Below, piece after piece: positions 1 through 8,823 of a stretch of 64,000 nt of DNA (within the stretch, counting starts at the first letter, position 1; each line of letters opens with the position of its first letter). The notes under the pieces were generated by a model, which saw only the letters and a list, made by a program, of their open reading frames with translations, was not told the DNA's origin and did not search any database. Source of the DNA: Candidatus Multivoradales bacterium. Its GTDB lineage: Bacteria; Acidobacteriota; Thermoanaerobaculia; Multivoradales; J023. The stretch covers positions 3,744,001 to 3,808,000 of the forward strand of contig CBDFLE010000006.1 of NCBI GenBank assembly GCA_965248925.1, read 5' to 3'. Made by a program: the position numbers and the translations under genes.

Positions 1-744
1 GGTCCGGCCGGAAAAAGCGAAGGTGTTGAGTGAGTTGAGAAGCTCGATCGCGGCTTCGGGAGCCAGCAAGACGGGCACCGCATCAGTGGGCAGAGCCGCG
101 ACCGCTCCGTTCGAGTGGCAGGCTCGGGCTCGCCGGCAAATGCCCTCGGCATCGAGGTCGGCCAGCTTGCGGGCCGAACCGGCGGCGCGGCCGGCGCCGG
201 GATGGTAGCCGCTGGTCAGCTCCAGGCTGACTTCGGTGGCGGCTACCGAGCGACGAACTCCATGACTGTTGAAGATCGCCAGCCTGCTGTCTGACCAAGA
301 CAAGCGACCCAGTTCGTGGTCGTGGCAATGGCGGCGCAGAAAGTCCCTGGCGGCGGGCACATCGAGGTTCTCGATTTCGGGGTCGAGCAGATGTACGGGG
401 GTCTTCGGCGCCTCGGCGGACAGCGGAAACAAGGGCCTCCTCTTGATCGTTGGTTGCACTCGAGACAGGGCGATAGCCTCACGAATCCCTCGTTGGTGTT
501 CGTGGGGGTCGAGGCTTTCGGTGCGGTACCAGCCCAGACGCTGGCCCTCGACGACCCGTATTAAGACCGTGAGAATGGGGTTCTCGACACTGCCTTCGGG
601 GGTTCCGCGGCTCGATGCCCAGCCCCGTCGGCGTTGCAGCCAGACCAGTTCGGTCTCGTCGGCGACTGAACCGGCCAGGGTGCCTTCAAGTAACTCGGTG
701 ACCTGTCCCAGGGGACAGAAGCGGCTTGGGTTGGTGCTGTTCAC
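1..744 (-). CDS. TldD/PmbA (TldE-like) family protein, 3' end runs off the window
   Basis: Not in the ORF track because it has no stop in the window. Hand translation from GTG 744 is open to base 1: VNSTNPSRFCPLGQVTELLEG...LTVLIRVVEGQRLGWYRT...LAIFNSHGVRRS...VPVLLAPEAAIELLNSL. The NSxG and vlLxPxAxxeLL motifs are typical of TldD/PmbA. Confidence 0.7.
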   Translation of the reverse strand, partial: MNSTNPSRFCPLGQVTELLEGTLAGSVADETELVWLQRRRGWASSRGTPEGSVENPILTVLIRVVEGQRLGWYRTESLDPHEHQRGIREAIALSRVQPTIKRRPLFPLSAEAPKTPVHLLDPEIENLDVPAARDFLRRHCHDHELGRLSWSDSRLAIFNSHGVRRSVAATEVSLELTSGYHPGAGRAAGSARKLADLDAEGICRRARACHSNGAVAALPTDAVPVLLAPEAAIELLNSLNTFAFSGRT

Positions 745-935
745 GGTGACAGAAGACTAGCAGGTCAAGGACGGCGTTCACCGCTGCTGATGCTCAGCAT
801 GCTGTCAGCTTCGGTGGTCTGGCTTGTGTTTTGCAGAGTCCTGTTGTCAGAATGGAGTTCGACGCCGAAATGAGTACGCAACCCAGCAAATCGATCGCCA
901 AGACCGAGTTTAACCGCGGTCAATTGGCTCCTGCT

Positions 936-1718
936 ATGTCTCCAGAAGGGGACGTAGGGCGGTCATTGACACGCGGCTGCTGGTTGTGGCTCAGTTTGGC
1001 GCTCGCCATCGTCTTCGGGTCGACAGGGGTGGTGACCGCCCAGTCTGGAGCTCCGATCGCGGTGGATATCTTTGCCAATCAGCGCTTCAGGATGGTCGAA
1101 CAAGTTCGTCGCCGTGGTATTGAACAACCGCTGTTATTGCAGGCCATGCGGGAAGTGCCGCGACACGCTTTCGTGCCCGCGGGCCGGCAATACGAGGCCT
1201 ATCTCGACCAGCCGGTCGAGACCGACTCAGGCCAGACCATCCATCAGGCTTTCTTGTCGGCCTTGATGATCTCCCACCTTGAGCTGAGCGGTGGCGAGCG
1301 AGTGCTTGAGGTCGGCACCGGCAGTGGCTACGATGCAGCCCTGTTGTCGCGGGTGGCGAAAGAGGTCTACACCATCGAGATTGATGCCGATTTAGCCGCC
1401 GCGGCGCGTCGCACTTTGGCAGAGTTGGGCTACGACAATGTCGATGTGCGCACGGCCAATGGCTATCACGGCTTGCCCGACAAGGCCCCTTTCGACGCCA
1501 TCTTGCTAACCGTTGCCACCGAGAGCATTCCGCAGCCGTTGCTCGATCAACTTAAGGTGGGCGGCAAGATGGTGATTCCGGTGGGAAAGTTCGTCCAAGA
1601 TCTGAAAGTGATCACCAAGTCCGCCGAGGGCTTTGCCGAGAGCGAACGCATCAAGCCGGTTCGGGTATCGCCGATGCAGGGTGAGGGCAGTGGTAGTCCG
1701 GGTGCCGGTGTCGAGTAG
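936..1718 (+). CDS. pcm: Protein-L-isoaspartate O-methyltransferase with N-terminal signal/TM segment
   Basis: Motifs VPRHAFVP, GQTI, VLEVGTGSGY, APFDAI and LKVGGKMVIPVG. Start uncertain (831/852/870/936). Confidence 0.88.
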   Translation: MSPEGDVGRSLTRGCWLWLSLALAIVFGSTGVVTAQSGAPIAVDIFANQRFRMVEQVRRRGIEQPLLLQAMREVPRHAFVPAGRQYEAYLDQPVETDSGQTIHQAFLSALMISHLELSGGERVLEVGTGSGYDAALLSRVAKEVYTIEIDADLAAAARRTLAELGYDNVDVRTANGYHGLPDKAPFDAILLTVATESIPQPLLDQLKVGGKMVIPVGKFVQDLKVITKSAEGFAESERIKPVRVSPMQGEGSGSPGAGVE

Positions 1719-1838
1719 GATTGAGACTCCTCGATGACGTGCTAATCTCGGCCAGCGCTCGGTGGAGCGTCGGTATTGACGCTTCGCCCCTCAACCAGAG
1801 CGGCCCAGCGCTGCAACCACCTCGGCGGAGCATCAGGT

Positions 1839-2561
1839 TTGGCCAATAATCCCACGCACGACCACGACGCCTGGGAACGCTCGATCCTCGGTATTGACAA
1901 CGTCCCCCTGGAATTGGCCGTCGCCAGTGCCGGAAATCGGGTGCTGGCGACCTTCCTCGATCTCCTGGTAGTTTCCCTCCTCATTGTTCTGGTCATCACC
2001 GGCGGGCTGGTTGCCATCGCCGCGCTGGGGGTCGACAACGGCACTTGGATGCTTGCCCTGCTCGGCCTGTTTGTGTTTGCCATCCATTGGGGCTATTTCG
2101 CTGCCTTCGAAATCGCTACCGCCGGTCTCACACCGGGCAAGATGGCGATCGGTCTGCGGGTGATCTCCCGCCAAGGTGGCCGGGCCAGCGCAGTCAGTGT
2201 GCTGGCACGAAACTTCCTCCGCCCCTTGGACTATGCCTTCGGTGTTGCCCTAATGTTGTTTGATCGCCGCTCACGGCGGCTGGGGGATTTGGTCGGTGGC
2301 ACTCTGGTGGTGCGCCAGGGTTCAGAGGACGAGGGGCCGCGCCTAGGTCGCATGCCAGAAGATTGGGGTGCGCACGAGGTCGCCGTGGTCGAAGGGTTTC
2401 TGCGTCGCAGCGAACAGCTGGAAGCACAGCGTGCCGCGGCTCTCGCCAGCCGACTTGTGACCTGGATCGAGAGCGTCGCCCCCGAGCTGGCAGTAGGTCT
2501 GGAGGGCGAGTTGCGACCGCTAGTCAGACTCCGTCTGTTACTGGCTGTCGAAGGGGGTTGA
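1839..2561 (+). CDS. RDD family membrane protein
   Basis: Motifs ASAGNRVLATFLD, GLTPGKMAIGLRV, RNFLRPLD and RRLGDLVGGTLVV. TTG start follows GGAG. Confidence 0.88.
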   Translation: MANNPTHDHDAWERSILGIDNVPLELAVASAGNRVLATFLDLLVVSLLIVLVITGGLVAIAALGVDNGTWMLALLGLFVFAIHWGYFAAFEIATAGLTPGKMAIGLRVISRQGGRASAVSVLARNFLRPLDYAFGVALMLFDRRSRRLGDLVGGTLVVRQGSEDEGPRLGRMPEDWGAHEVAVVEGFLRRSEQLEAQRAAALASRLVTWIESVAPELAVGLEGELRPLVRLRLLLAVEGG

Positions 2562-3544
2562 GCGTGAACTACCGCCAATTCGCCAAGTTGCGCGGTTCTA
2601 GTTGCGACGCTTTTGAACAGCAGCTAGAGCAAGCCCGCCAGCACCCTAAGCGACTGGTCTATGAGGATCTTGAAGCGCTGGCTTACGGCTATCGCCAGTT
2701 GTTGCACGATCATGCTCTGGCGCGGGCGCGATATCCGGGAACGGCGTTGGCCCGTCGCTTGCGCCGGGTGGCGCTCGACGGCACGCATTGGTTGCAGCGC
2801 GATTCAGCTAGTCGAATGCCGAGCCTGGGCCGTTTCTTCAGCCACTCGTTCCCCCTTGCCTTTCGCGCCGCGCTGCCCCGTATCGGTCTGGCCTTGGTGC
2901 TCTTTCTGGTTGCAGGGCTGAGCGGTTTTGCACTGTCTGTCAGGCAGCCCAGCCTCGGCACTTCTTTTCTCGGTGGCGAGGCGATCGAAGGACTCAAACA
3001 GGGCAGCTTGTGGACCGAGTCGCTCTTTGCCGTGGTCCCCGGTTCGGTGGCATCGACGATGATCGCGACCAACAATCTCTCGGTAGCCCTGACCGCATGG
3101 GCGGGAGGGATTCTGGCTGGCTTGGGGAGCCTGTATGCGATCTTTCTCAATGGCGTCATGCTGGGCTCGGTGATCGGGGTGACGATGCACTACTCGATGG
3201 AGCCTGCACTCTTCGAATTCATCAGCGCCCACGGCCCGTTAGAGATCAGCTTGATCCTGTTCAGCGCCGCTGCTGGACTCGATCTCGGTCGGGCGCTGGT
3301 GGTGGCCGATGATCGGCCGCGGGCAGAACGCTTGGTGCAAGCTGGCCGGCGAAGTCTGATCCTTCTGCTCGGCTGCTTGCCGTGGATCTTGTTGCTGGGT
3401 TTCATCGAAGGCCACATTTCACCTTCGACGCAGGTGCCTTGGGCGATCAAGATATTAATCGGTTTGATCGTTGAGGCAGTGTTCTTGGCGGTCGCCTGGA
3501 ATCCCTTCTTGAAGACTTCCTCGCTCGAGGAGCGAACTGGATGA
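2558..3544 (+). CDS. SpoIIM/DUF95 family integral membrane protein
   Basis: Motifs IATNNLSVAL, NGVMLG, HGPLEIS and GFIEGHISP. Start TTG 2558 (TTGA overlap) or GTG 2564. Confidence 0.85.
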   Translation: MSVNYRQFAKLRGSSCDAFEQQLEQARQHPKRLVYEDLEALAYGYRQLLHDHALARARYPGTALARRLRRVALDGTHWLQRDSASRMPSLGRFFSHSFPLAFRAALPRIGLALVLFLVAGLSGFALSVRQPSLGTSFLGGEAIEGLKQGSLWTESLFAVVPGSVASTMIATNNLSVALTAWAGGILAGLGSLYAIFLNGVMLGSVIGVTMHYSMEPALFEFISAHGPLEISLILFSAAAGLDLGRALVVADDRPRAERLVQAGRRSLILLLGCLPWILLLGFIEGHISPSTQVPWAIKILIGLIVEAVFLAVAWNPFLKTSSLEERTG

Positions 3545-4464
3545 GGAGATCGGCCGAGCAAGTTGAAAACACGGCGCTTGAACCGCTCTCGATGCGTCGC
3601 CTCCTCGACCTGGCGGTGGAAGAGATGCGGCGTAATTTCCGGGCGATCTACCTATGGGCTGCTGCGCCGATGGCGGTGGGTGGCCTGTTCGTGGGTTTGG
3701 CTCAGATGCGATGGTTCGAGACACTTTCAAGTCTGGGAGCCGAGGGCTCGGTCGATGGAATGCTGAGTGGTGCTCTGTTCTGGGGGGTCGGAGTGCTGGT
3801 CGCCGCAACGCTCTACATGATTTGCTATGTGGCGGTGATGGTCGCGGCGATGGACGCTCTAGAGGGGCGGCAGGTGGAGATGGTGCGAGCTTGGCGCATC
3901 GCCCTGCGGCCGCGGATCTTCCTGACCGCTCTGACAGTCAGCCTCTTGGTGTTGGTCAGTACCCTGGCCTGTGTTTTTCCCGCGTTCTATGTCGGGCCAC
4001 TCCTCTGTTTGGCGCTGCCGGCGGCGTTGGAAGAGAAGCTCACCACCTTCGAGGCAATCGGCCGCAGTGTCGAGTTGGGGCGTTTCAATCCCAGCCGTCA
4101 GCTGAGTCGATCTCCATGGCTGCGCGGTCTGTTGATCTATGTTGTTTGGACGCTGATCAGCAACGCTTTGAGCATGGTGGTGCAGGTGCCGATTCAGGTT
4201 GTTCAGCAATTTCTGATGCTCCGCGAAGGGCTCGAAGGGGAGATCGCGGAGCCGCTGGTTCTCATGGGCGCTTCGGCTTGGTTGCAGGTTCCGGCCACAG
4301 TCTTGGGAGCGCTGGTGGCGGTGGTGGGCTTCCTCTACCTCACCTTCGCAATTGGCTTGCTCTATCACGAGACTCGCCGGCTCAAGGAAGGAGCAGACCT
4401 GGAACTAGCCATCGCCAACCTGACTCAGCCACCGAGTGCTGTGCCATCGACCCAAGGGCCATGA
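3541..4464 (+). CDS. Multi-pass membrane protein of MoxR-associated operon
   Basis: N-terminal LEPLSMRRLLD, several TM helices and C-terminal LLYHETRRLKEGADLE. ATGA overlap. Confidence 0.75.
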   Translation: MRRSAEQVENTALEPLSMRRLLDLAVEEMRRNFRAIYLWAAAPMAVGGLFVGLAQMRWFETLSSLGAEGSVDGMLSGALFWGVGVLVAATLYMICYVAVMVAAMDALEGRQVEMVRAWRIALRPRIFLTALTVSLLVLVSTLACVFPAFYVGPLLCLALPAALEEKLTTFEAIGRSVELGRFNPSRQLSRSPWLRGLLIYVVWTLISNALSMVVQVPIQVVQQFLMLREGLEGEIAEPLVLMGASAWLQVPATVLGALVAVVGFLYLTFAIGLLYHETRRLKEGADLELAIANLTQPPSAVPSTQGP

Positions 4465-5210
4465 AGATTCCTCATGCCGCTGGTGCTTGGTTGCCTTGGC
4501 TGCTGATTGCTCTACTGACCCTCACAGGGTCAGAGCCACTAGCGGCCAGCGAAGAGCGGACAGATTCGGAGGTCGAGCAGACTCCTTGTCTTGAACAACC
4601 CTGGCAAAGCCTGCCGGCCGATGTTGAGCTGCTGCGCCAGGTGGCCGCTGACGGCGAGCTGCGTGGCGGTTCGCCGAGGCCCAGCTTGACTCACTACCTA
4701 CTCGACTTGGCGACCGCAGCCTTCGCGCCGTTGGCGGGTTGGATGGGCTCTGTCGGTGGCCCGTTGGCAGCTCTGTTTGCCTGGTTTGGAGCTGCGGGTT
4801 CTCAGCTCCTGCTGTGGCTCATCCTGGCAGCGCTTTTGTTGACATTGTTTATTAGGCTGCGGAGTCGATTCAGCCGTCGGGGGCACGAATCGCCTAGCGG
4901 TGTCCCGGGGGTGCCCGCTCTCCAGCCGCTAAGCGCGGCAGTGGCAGAGTGGGAACTGCGCCTGCAACAGCGGCTCGATGGTGGAGACGCTCGCGGCGCG
5001 CTCGAAGCCCTGTGGTGGAGCTTGGCGATCCGCTTGGTGGGCTCCAACGCTGATCCGGCCTGGACTAGCCGCGAGTTGGTCGAAAAGGCAGGGCGCCGCG
5101 ATCTCTTGCCCGGGGTCCGGCGTCTCGATCGGTTGGTTTGGGGTAGCGAGCAACCGCTGGTCGAGGACGTTCGTCAGCTGTGGGGTCGTTTGCGGAAGGT
5201 GGTCGGATGA
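4461..5210 (+). CDS. DUF4129-like membrane protein
   Basis: Signal peptide, central TM and C-terminal GDARGALEALWW...TSRELV...LDRLVWG. ATGA overlap places the start at 4461. Confidence 0.65.
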   Translation: MKIPHAAGAWLPWLLIALLTLTGSEPLAASEERTDSEVEQTPCLEQPWQSLPADVELLRQVAADGELRGGSPRPSLTHYLLDLATAAFAPLAGWMGSVGGPLAALFAWFGAAGSQLLLWLILAALLLTLFIRLRSRFSRRGHESPSGVPGVPALQPLSAAVAEWELRLQQRLDGGDARGALEALWWSLAIRLVGSNADPAWTSRELVEKAGRRDLLPGVRRLDRLVWGSEQPLVEDVRQLWGRLRKVVG

Positions 5211-6364
5211 AAGGGCCGTGGCGCTGGCGCGTCCTGGGCGGCCTGGCGTTGCTTGTGCTGGTGGCTATCTGGAGCGGTAGGTCAAAGCTCGGTGATACTT
5301 CGAGTTCGCTATCGCGAGCTTCGGCTGGCTGGCTGGGGGCTCGACTCTACTTGCAAGCGTCGGGCTTCGAAGTGCAAATACTCGACCGGCCGTTGAGTGA
5401 GCTAGATGATGTTGACGAGGCTTCACGCCCCGACCTACTGATCCTGACTTTTCCCTTGCAAAGGGCGCTCTCTAGCGTCGACGAGACTTGGCTGTTTTCC
5501 TTTCTGCGAGCCGGTGGCAACCTGCTGCTAGCCTACTCAGGGGCTCCGGCGCAAGCGCAAGAAAAGAGCCTGTTGGGTGCCTTTGCAGTCGAGCTAGAGG
5601 AGGCCCGTCGAGATCCTTCCTTGGTGCCTTGGCGCTGGTGGTCCTACCGTCAAGAGGAGTGGCGGTTGCAGCCCGAGGTGACTGCCGTCAGTGGCGCTGG
5701 CAGCCTGCTCTTACGGGTACCCCATTTGCTGGCTAATCCAACCCGTGACAGTCGGGTTCTCTATCGCGCTTCTACCGAGGACGTGGAGTCGGCGCCAGCG
5801 GTGGTGTTCGAGCTGCACACTCAAGGGGGGCAGGTGATGGTGATGCCGGCGTCTTTGCTTAGCAATGCACGACTGCTCGAGCCGGGCCACGCGGATCTTC
5901 TGAGTACCTTGGCTGCGCAATATGGTCAGCAGATCGCTTTTGACGAGTACCATCATGGTCTGGTGGCTGGCGGCGAGGTGGCCGACCCGTTGCCCGGCAT
6001 CACTTGGGATTTGCTGATCGTTCATCTGGGATTATTCTATTTACTTGGTTGGCTAGCCCTCGGCCGCCGCATGGGCCCAGCGTGGCGCGAGCCGCGGCCT
6101 CGCAGTGGTTCGGCGGCTACCTTTCTGCGTCAGTTGGGGACCCTGCACGGTCAGCTTGGTCATCATGGTGCGGCGGCCAGGTTGTTAGTCGAGCGGCTAG
6201 TGAAGCTCGATCCTGGCTTCGAGCTGCCTGCCGACCTGGGGCTCGAAAGTCAACGGGTTAGCAACGCCGCCAACTTGCTGAGCTTCGCTCGGCGGGTGGC
6301 GCGCTATCAACGCTCGCCGGCAGTGCCCCGAGCGCGGAGTTCCGGCAGCTCGCGAGCCAGGTAG
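5207..6364 (+). CDS. DUF4350-like membrane protein
   Basis: N-terminal TM, GGNLLL, LLSNARL, IAFDEYHHGL and C-terminal TM followed by GRRMGP. Operon context fits. Confidence 0.75.
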   Translation: MKGPWRWRVLGGLALLVLVAIWSGRSKLGDTSSSLSRASAGWLGARLYLQASGFEVQILDRPLSELDDVDEASRPDLLILTFPLQRALSSVDETWLFSFLRAGGNLLLAYSGAPAQAQEKSLLGAFAVELEEARRDPSLVPWRWWSYRQEEWRLQPEVTAVSGAGSLLLRVPHLLANPTRDSRVLYRASTEDVESAPAVVFELHTQGGQVMVMPASLLSNARLLEPGHADLLSTLAAQYGQQIAFDEYHHGLVAGGEVADPLPGITWDLLIVHLGLFYLLGWLALGRRMGPAWREPRPRSGSAATFLRQLGTLHGQLGHHGAAARLLVERLVKLDPGFELPADLGLESQRVSNAANLLSFARRVARYQRSPAVPRARSSGSSRAR

Positions 6365-6426
6365 TTCATCGTGTTGTCGGTTGCGAAGCGATCGGTAGCA
6401 CATCTTAGAAGTGGAGATTCGAGCGG

Positions 6427-7419
6427 ATGCAAGATCAAACCGAGTCAACCCCCGCCGCGCCGCGCCCAGAGCCGGCAGCCACAGTTCTAGCTGAGCGGGT
6501 TCTAGGCGCATTGGAAGAGCACGTCTTGGGTCAGCGACCGGTTGCCGAAGCCCTACTCGCCACCTACATGGCAGGCGGGCACGGGCTGTTAGAGGGAGTT
6601 CCTGGTGTTGGCAAGACACTGCTGGCGCGCACCTTCGCCGCGCTTCTAGGCAGTGGCTACAAACGTATCCAATTCACCCCAGACCTGATGCCCGCCGATG
6701 TGATTGGTACCAATGTTTATGATCAAAAGACGGCCGGTTTCCGTCTCGTGCGCGGGCCGATTTTCACCGAACTGCTGATGGCCGACGAGATCAATCGCAC
6801 ACCGCCAAAAACCCAAGCGGCCCTGCTCGAAGCGATGCAAGAGAGGCAGGTGACTATCGATGGGGAAGTGCAGCGTCTTGATCCAGCTTTCTTTGTCGTC
6901 GCAACCCAGAACCCGATCGAGCACGAAGGCACCTATCCCCTACCCGAAGCACAGCTGGACCGCTTCTTGACCCGCATTCAAATGGGCCTGCCAGACCCCG
7001 AGTCCGAACGCCGCTTGTATCGTCTAGCGGTCGATGGAAAGCTGCCGGGTTGGGGCGAGGGCGGCTTGCCCGAGCCAGTGATGAGTACCGAAGAGGCCTT
7101 TGCTTTGCGTCATGCCTCGCGCCGCGTACATGTTGCAGACGATATGTTGGATTACCTGGCACGGCTCACCGCGGCGGTGCGTGATTCCGACCATGTAGAG
7201 TTGTCGGTCAGTCCGCGCGGTGCCTTGGCATTGATCGAAGCAGCTCGCGCCGCAGCCTTGTTAGAAAGTCGCGACTTCGTGATCCCCGACGATCTAAAAC
7301 GTTTTGTTGGCCCATGCTGGGGGCACCGTCTACTGCTCACTGCCGAAGCCGAACTTGAGGGCCACAGCACCGAGCGCTTGCTACGTCGGGTGATCGATAG
7401 CGTGAAAACGCCGAAGTAG
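6427..7419 (+). CDS. moxR: MoxR family AAA+ ATPase
   Basis: Motifs [62 protein letters not shown] and SPRG. Confidence 0.95.
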   Translation: MQDQTESTPAAPRPEPAATVLAERVLGALEEHVLGQRPVAEALLATYMAGGHGLLEGVPGVGKTLLARTFAALLGSGYKRIQFTPDLMPADVIGTNVYDQKTAGFRLVRGPIFTELLMADEINRTPPKTQAALLEAMQERQVTIDGEVQRLDPAFFVVATQNPIEHEGTYPLPEAQLDRFLTRIQMGLPDPESERRLYRLAVDGKLPGWGEGGLPEPVMSTEEAFALRHASRRVHVADDMLDYLARLTAAVRDSDHVELSVSPRGALALIEAARAAALLESRDFVIPDDLKRFVGPCWGHRLLLTAEAELEGHSTERLLRRVIDSVKTPK

Positions 7420-7439
7420 AGCTGTCGCGGGCAAGGGCA

Positions 7440-8815
7440 AGGTGCCACCCGCCTCGGTAGCATCCAGAGAGTTCGCTGTCTCTCAGCTCCGTGAACTTCA
7501 TTCTCTCGTTGATTAGCGCTTTTATCGGGTTCCCATCGACGAAAATCTGTGGTCTTGGCCTAGCGAGTGTCCGTCGAGTAAGTATGCCAATCGCTCGTCA
7601 GTGCCTTCGGGTGCTGTCGGGACACACCTCTCCTGTTGAATCAGAGATTGCGTTCGATGTTTTGCGGTCTCTCTCGACCGCAGAGGCCCTCATAAAGTCG
7701 CAAGCTATCCAGCCACCCGAATCGGTCCTGCTCTACTACCTGGCTGCTCGACGCTGCTCGAAACACAAGGCAGTGGGGGCGGAAAACAGCTCGGCGGAAA
7801 CTCTACCGAGTAATCGCCTGCCCGCAAGCGGACGGCCGCCTGCCGGTATGCCTCGACGAAGAGGCGATAAGCATCCTTCAACTGCTTGCGAACCGCTCTC
7901 GATGCAGCATGTACAGCTGGGGCCGGAGATTTCTTGCTGCGAGCAGGCCGCTGGTGCGGGTGCTGCTTCCGAATCACCGCCGCACCCATGGGTACAGTGC
8001 CACCGAGGACCACCCGTCGGGCGCTCTCAGCATCTATCTCCGCGACCATCTCGGTAAGACGCCGTCGAATCTCACTAGACGGCAGGTGCCGCCAGCAGGG
8101 CAGCGGATCCAGCCGCAGGGTATGGCGTTTGGTGAAGGTCTCAGAGTCGACCTCCTGGTCACGACGGGTGGCCTCGTACTCGAGACTGCGATCACGCCAA
8201 ATCCCCTCGAGGGGTTTGCCTTGGGTGAGAGCTTCAATGCACTGCAGCCCTGGCCACTCCCGGCAGCGGAGCACCAGATTCTCTTTCGGGCCGTGGCTGA
8301 TCACATAGCGCAGCCTGGAAACCAACGCCGCCTCTTCGCTGCTGACCTCGATAGCTCGGAAGCGGTGGCCCCAGAATTTCTCCGGCCAGTCGACTATGCG
8401 GTTTGCTTCGCGGGCAAGGTTGCCGTTGACGTACTCCATGAAACCGGACAGATCCTTGACGTTGGCGGCTCCGAGCAGGAAATGGAGGTGGTTGAGGAGG
8501 CCGCCGAAAGCGTAAATCTCCACCGGATGGCGCTGCTGGGCGCGGGCGATGATGCCGATCGCAATGCTGCGGAAGTGCTCGCCAGCAGGTAGTAAGAATC
8601 GGCTTTGGAGGCAGCGCGTGGTGATTTCGAAGATGGCGCCGCCGGGGCGAATGTGTCGGAGATGTCTTGACATACCTCCATAGGACGCGGAGAGAGTCTC
8701 CAATCTTGCAGTTTAGGGGAAGAAAGTCTGAACAGTGTGCGATGCGTTGGAGTCGACGTGTACCATGAGTGTCGTAATCCATTGAAAATAGGTGAGTACG
8801 ACTTGGGTGGTCCCC
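7440..8815 (-). mobile_element. Putative Y1-transposase element (ends approximate)
   Basis: Transposase flanked by hairpin-rich non-coding DNA (7460-7685), and upstream by an IHF-like site within a short inverted repeat (8771-8802). No target-site duplication seen. Confidence 0.45.
7705..8673 (-). CDS. REP-associated tyrosine transposase-like (Y1/HUH) protein
   Basis: FEITTRC, HUH motif NHLHF, FWGHRF, catalytic Tyr in LRYVISHGPKENLV, and a long C-terminal extension ending FPPSCFPP. Confidence 0.85.
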   Translation of the reverse strand: MSRHLRHIRPGGAIFEITTRCLQSRFLLPAGEHFRSIAIGIIARAQQRHPVEIYAFGGLLNHLHFLLGAANVKDLSGFMEYVNGNLAREANRIVDWPEKFWGHRFRAIEVSSEEAALVSRLRYVISHGPKENLVLRCREWPGLQCIEALTQGKPLEGIWRDRSLEYEATRRDQEVDSETFTKRHTLRLDPLPCWRHLPSSEIRRRLTEMVAEIDAESARRVVLGGTVPMGAAVIRKQHPHQRPARSKKSPAPAVHAASRAVRKQLKDAYRLFVEAYRQAAVRLRAGDYSVEFPPSCFPPPLPCVSSSVEQPGSRAGPIRVAG

Positions 8816-8823
8816 CAGTTGGT

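Noticed and set aside
2558-3544. Sporulation function for the SpoIIM-like gene
   Set aside because: The family is widespread in non-sporulating bacteria within MoxR operons, and no other spo genes are present.
3654-4460. Long N-terminal extension of the 518-aa ORF
   Set aside because: Out-of-frame overlap with the 3541-4464 membrane gene. The ATGA overlap indicates a start at 4461.
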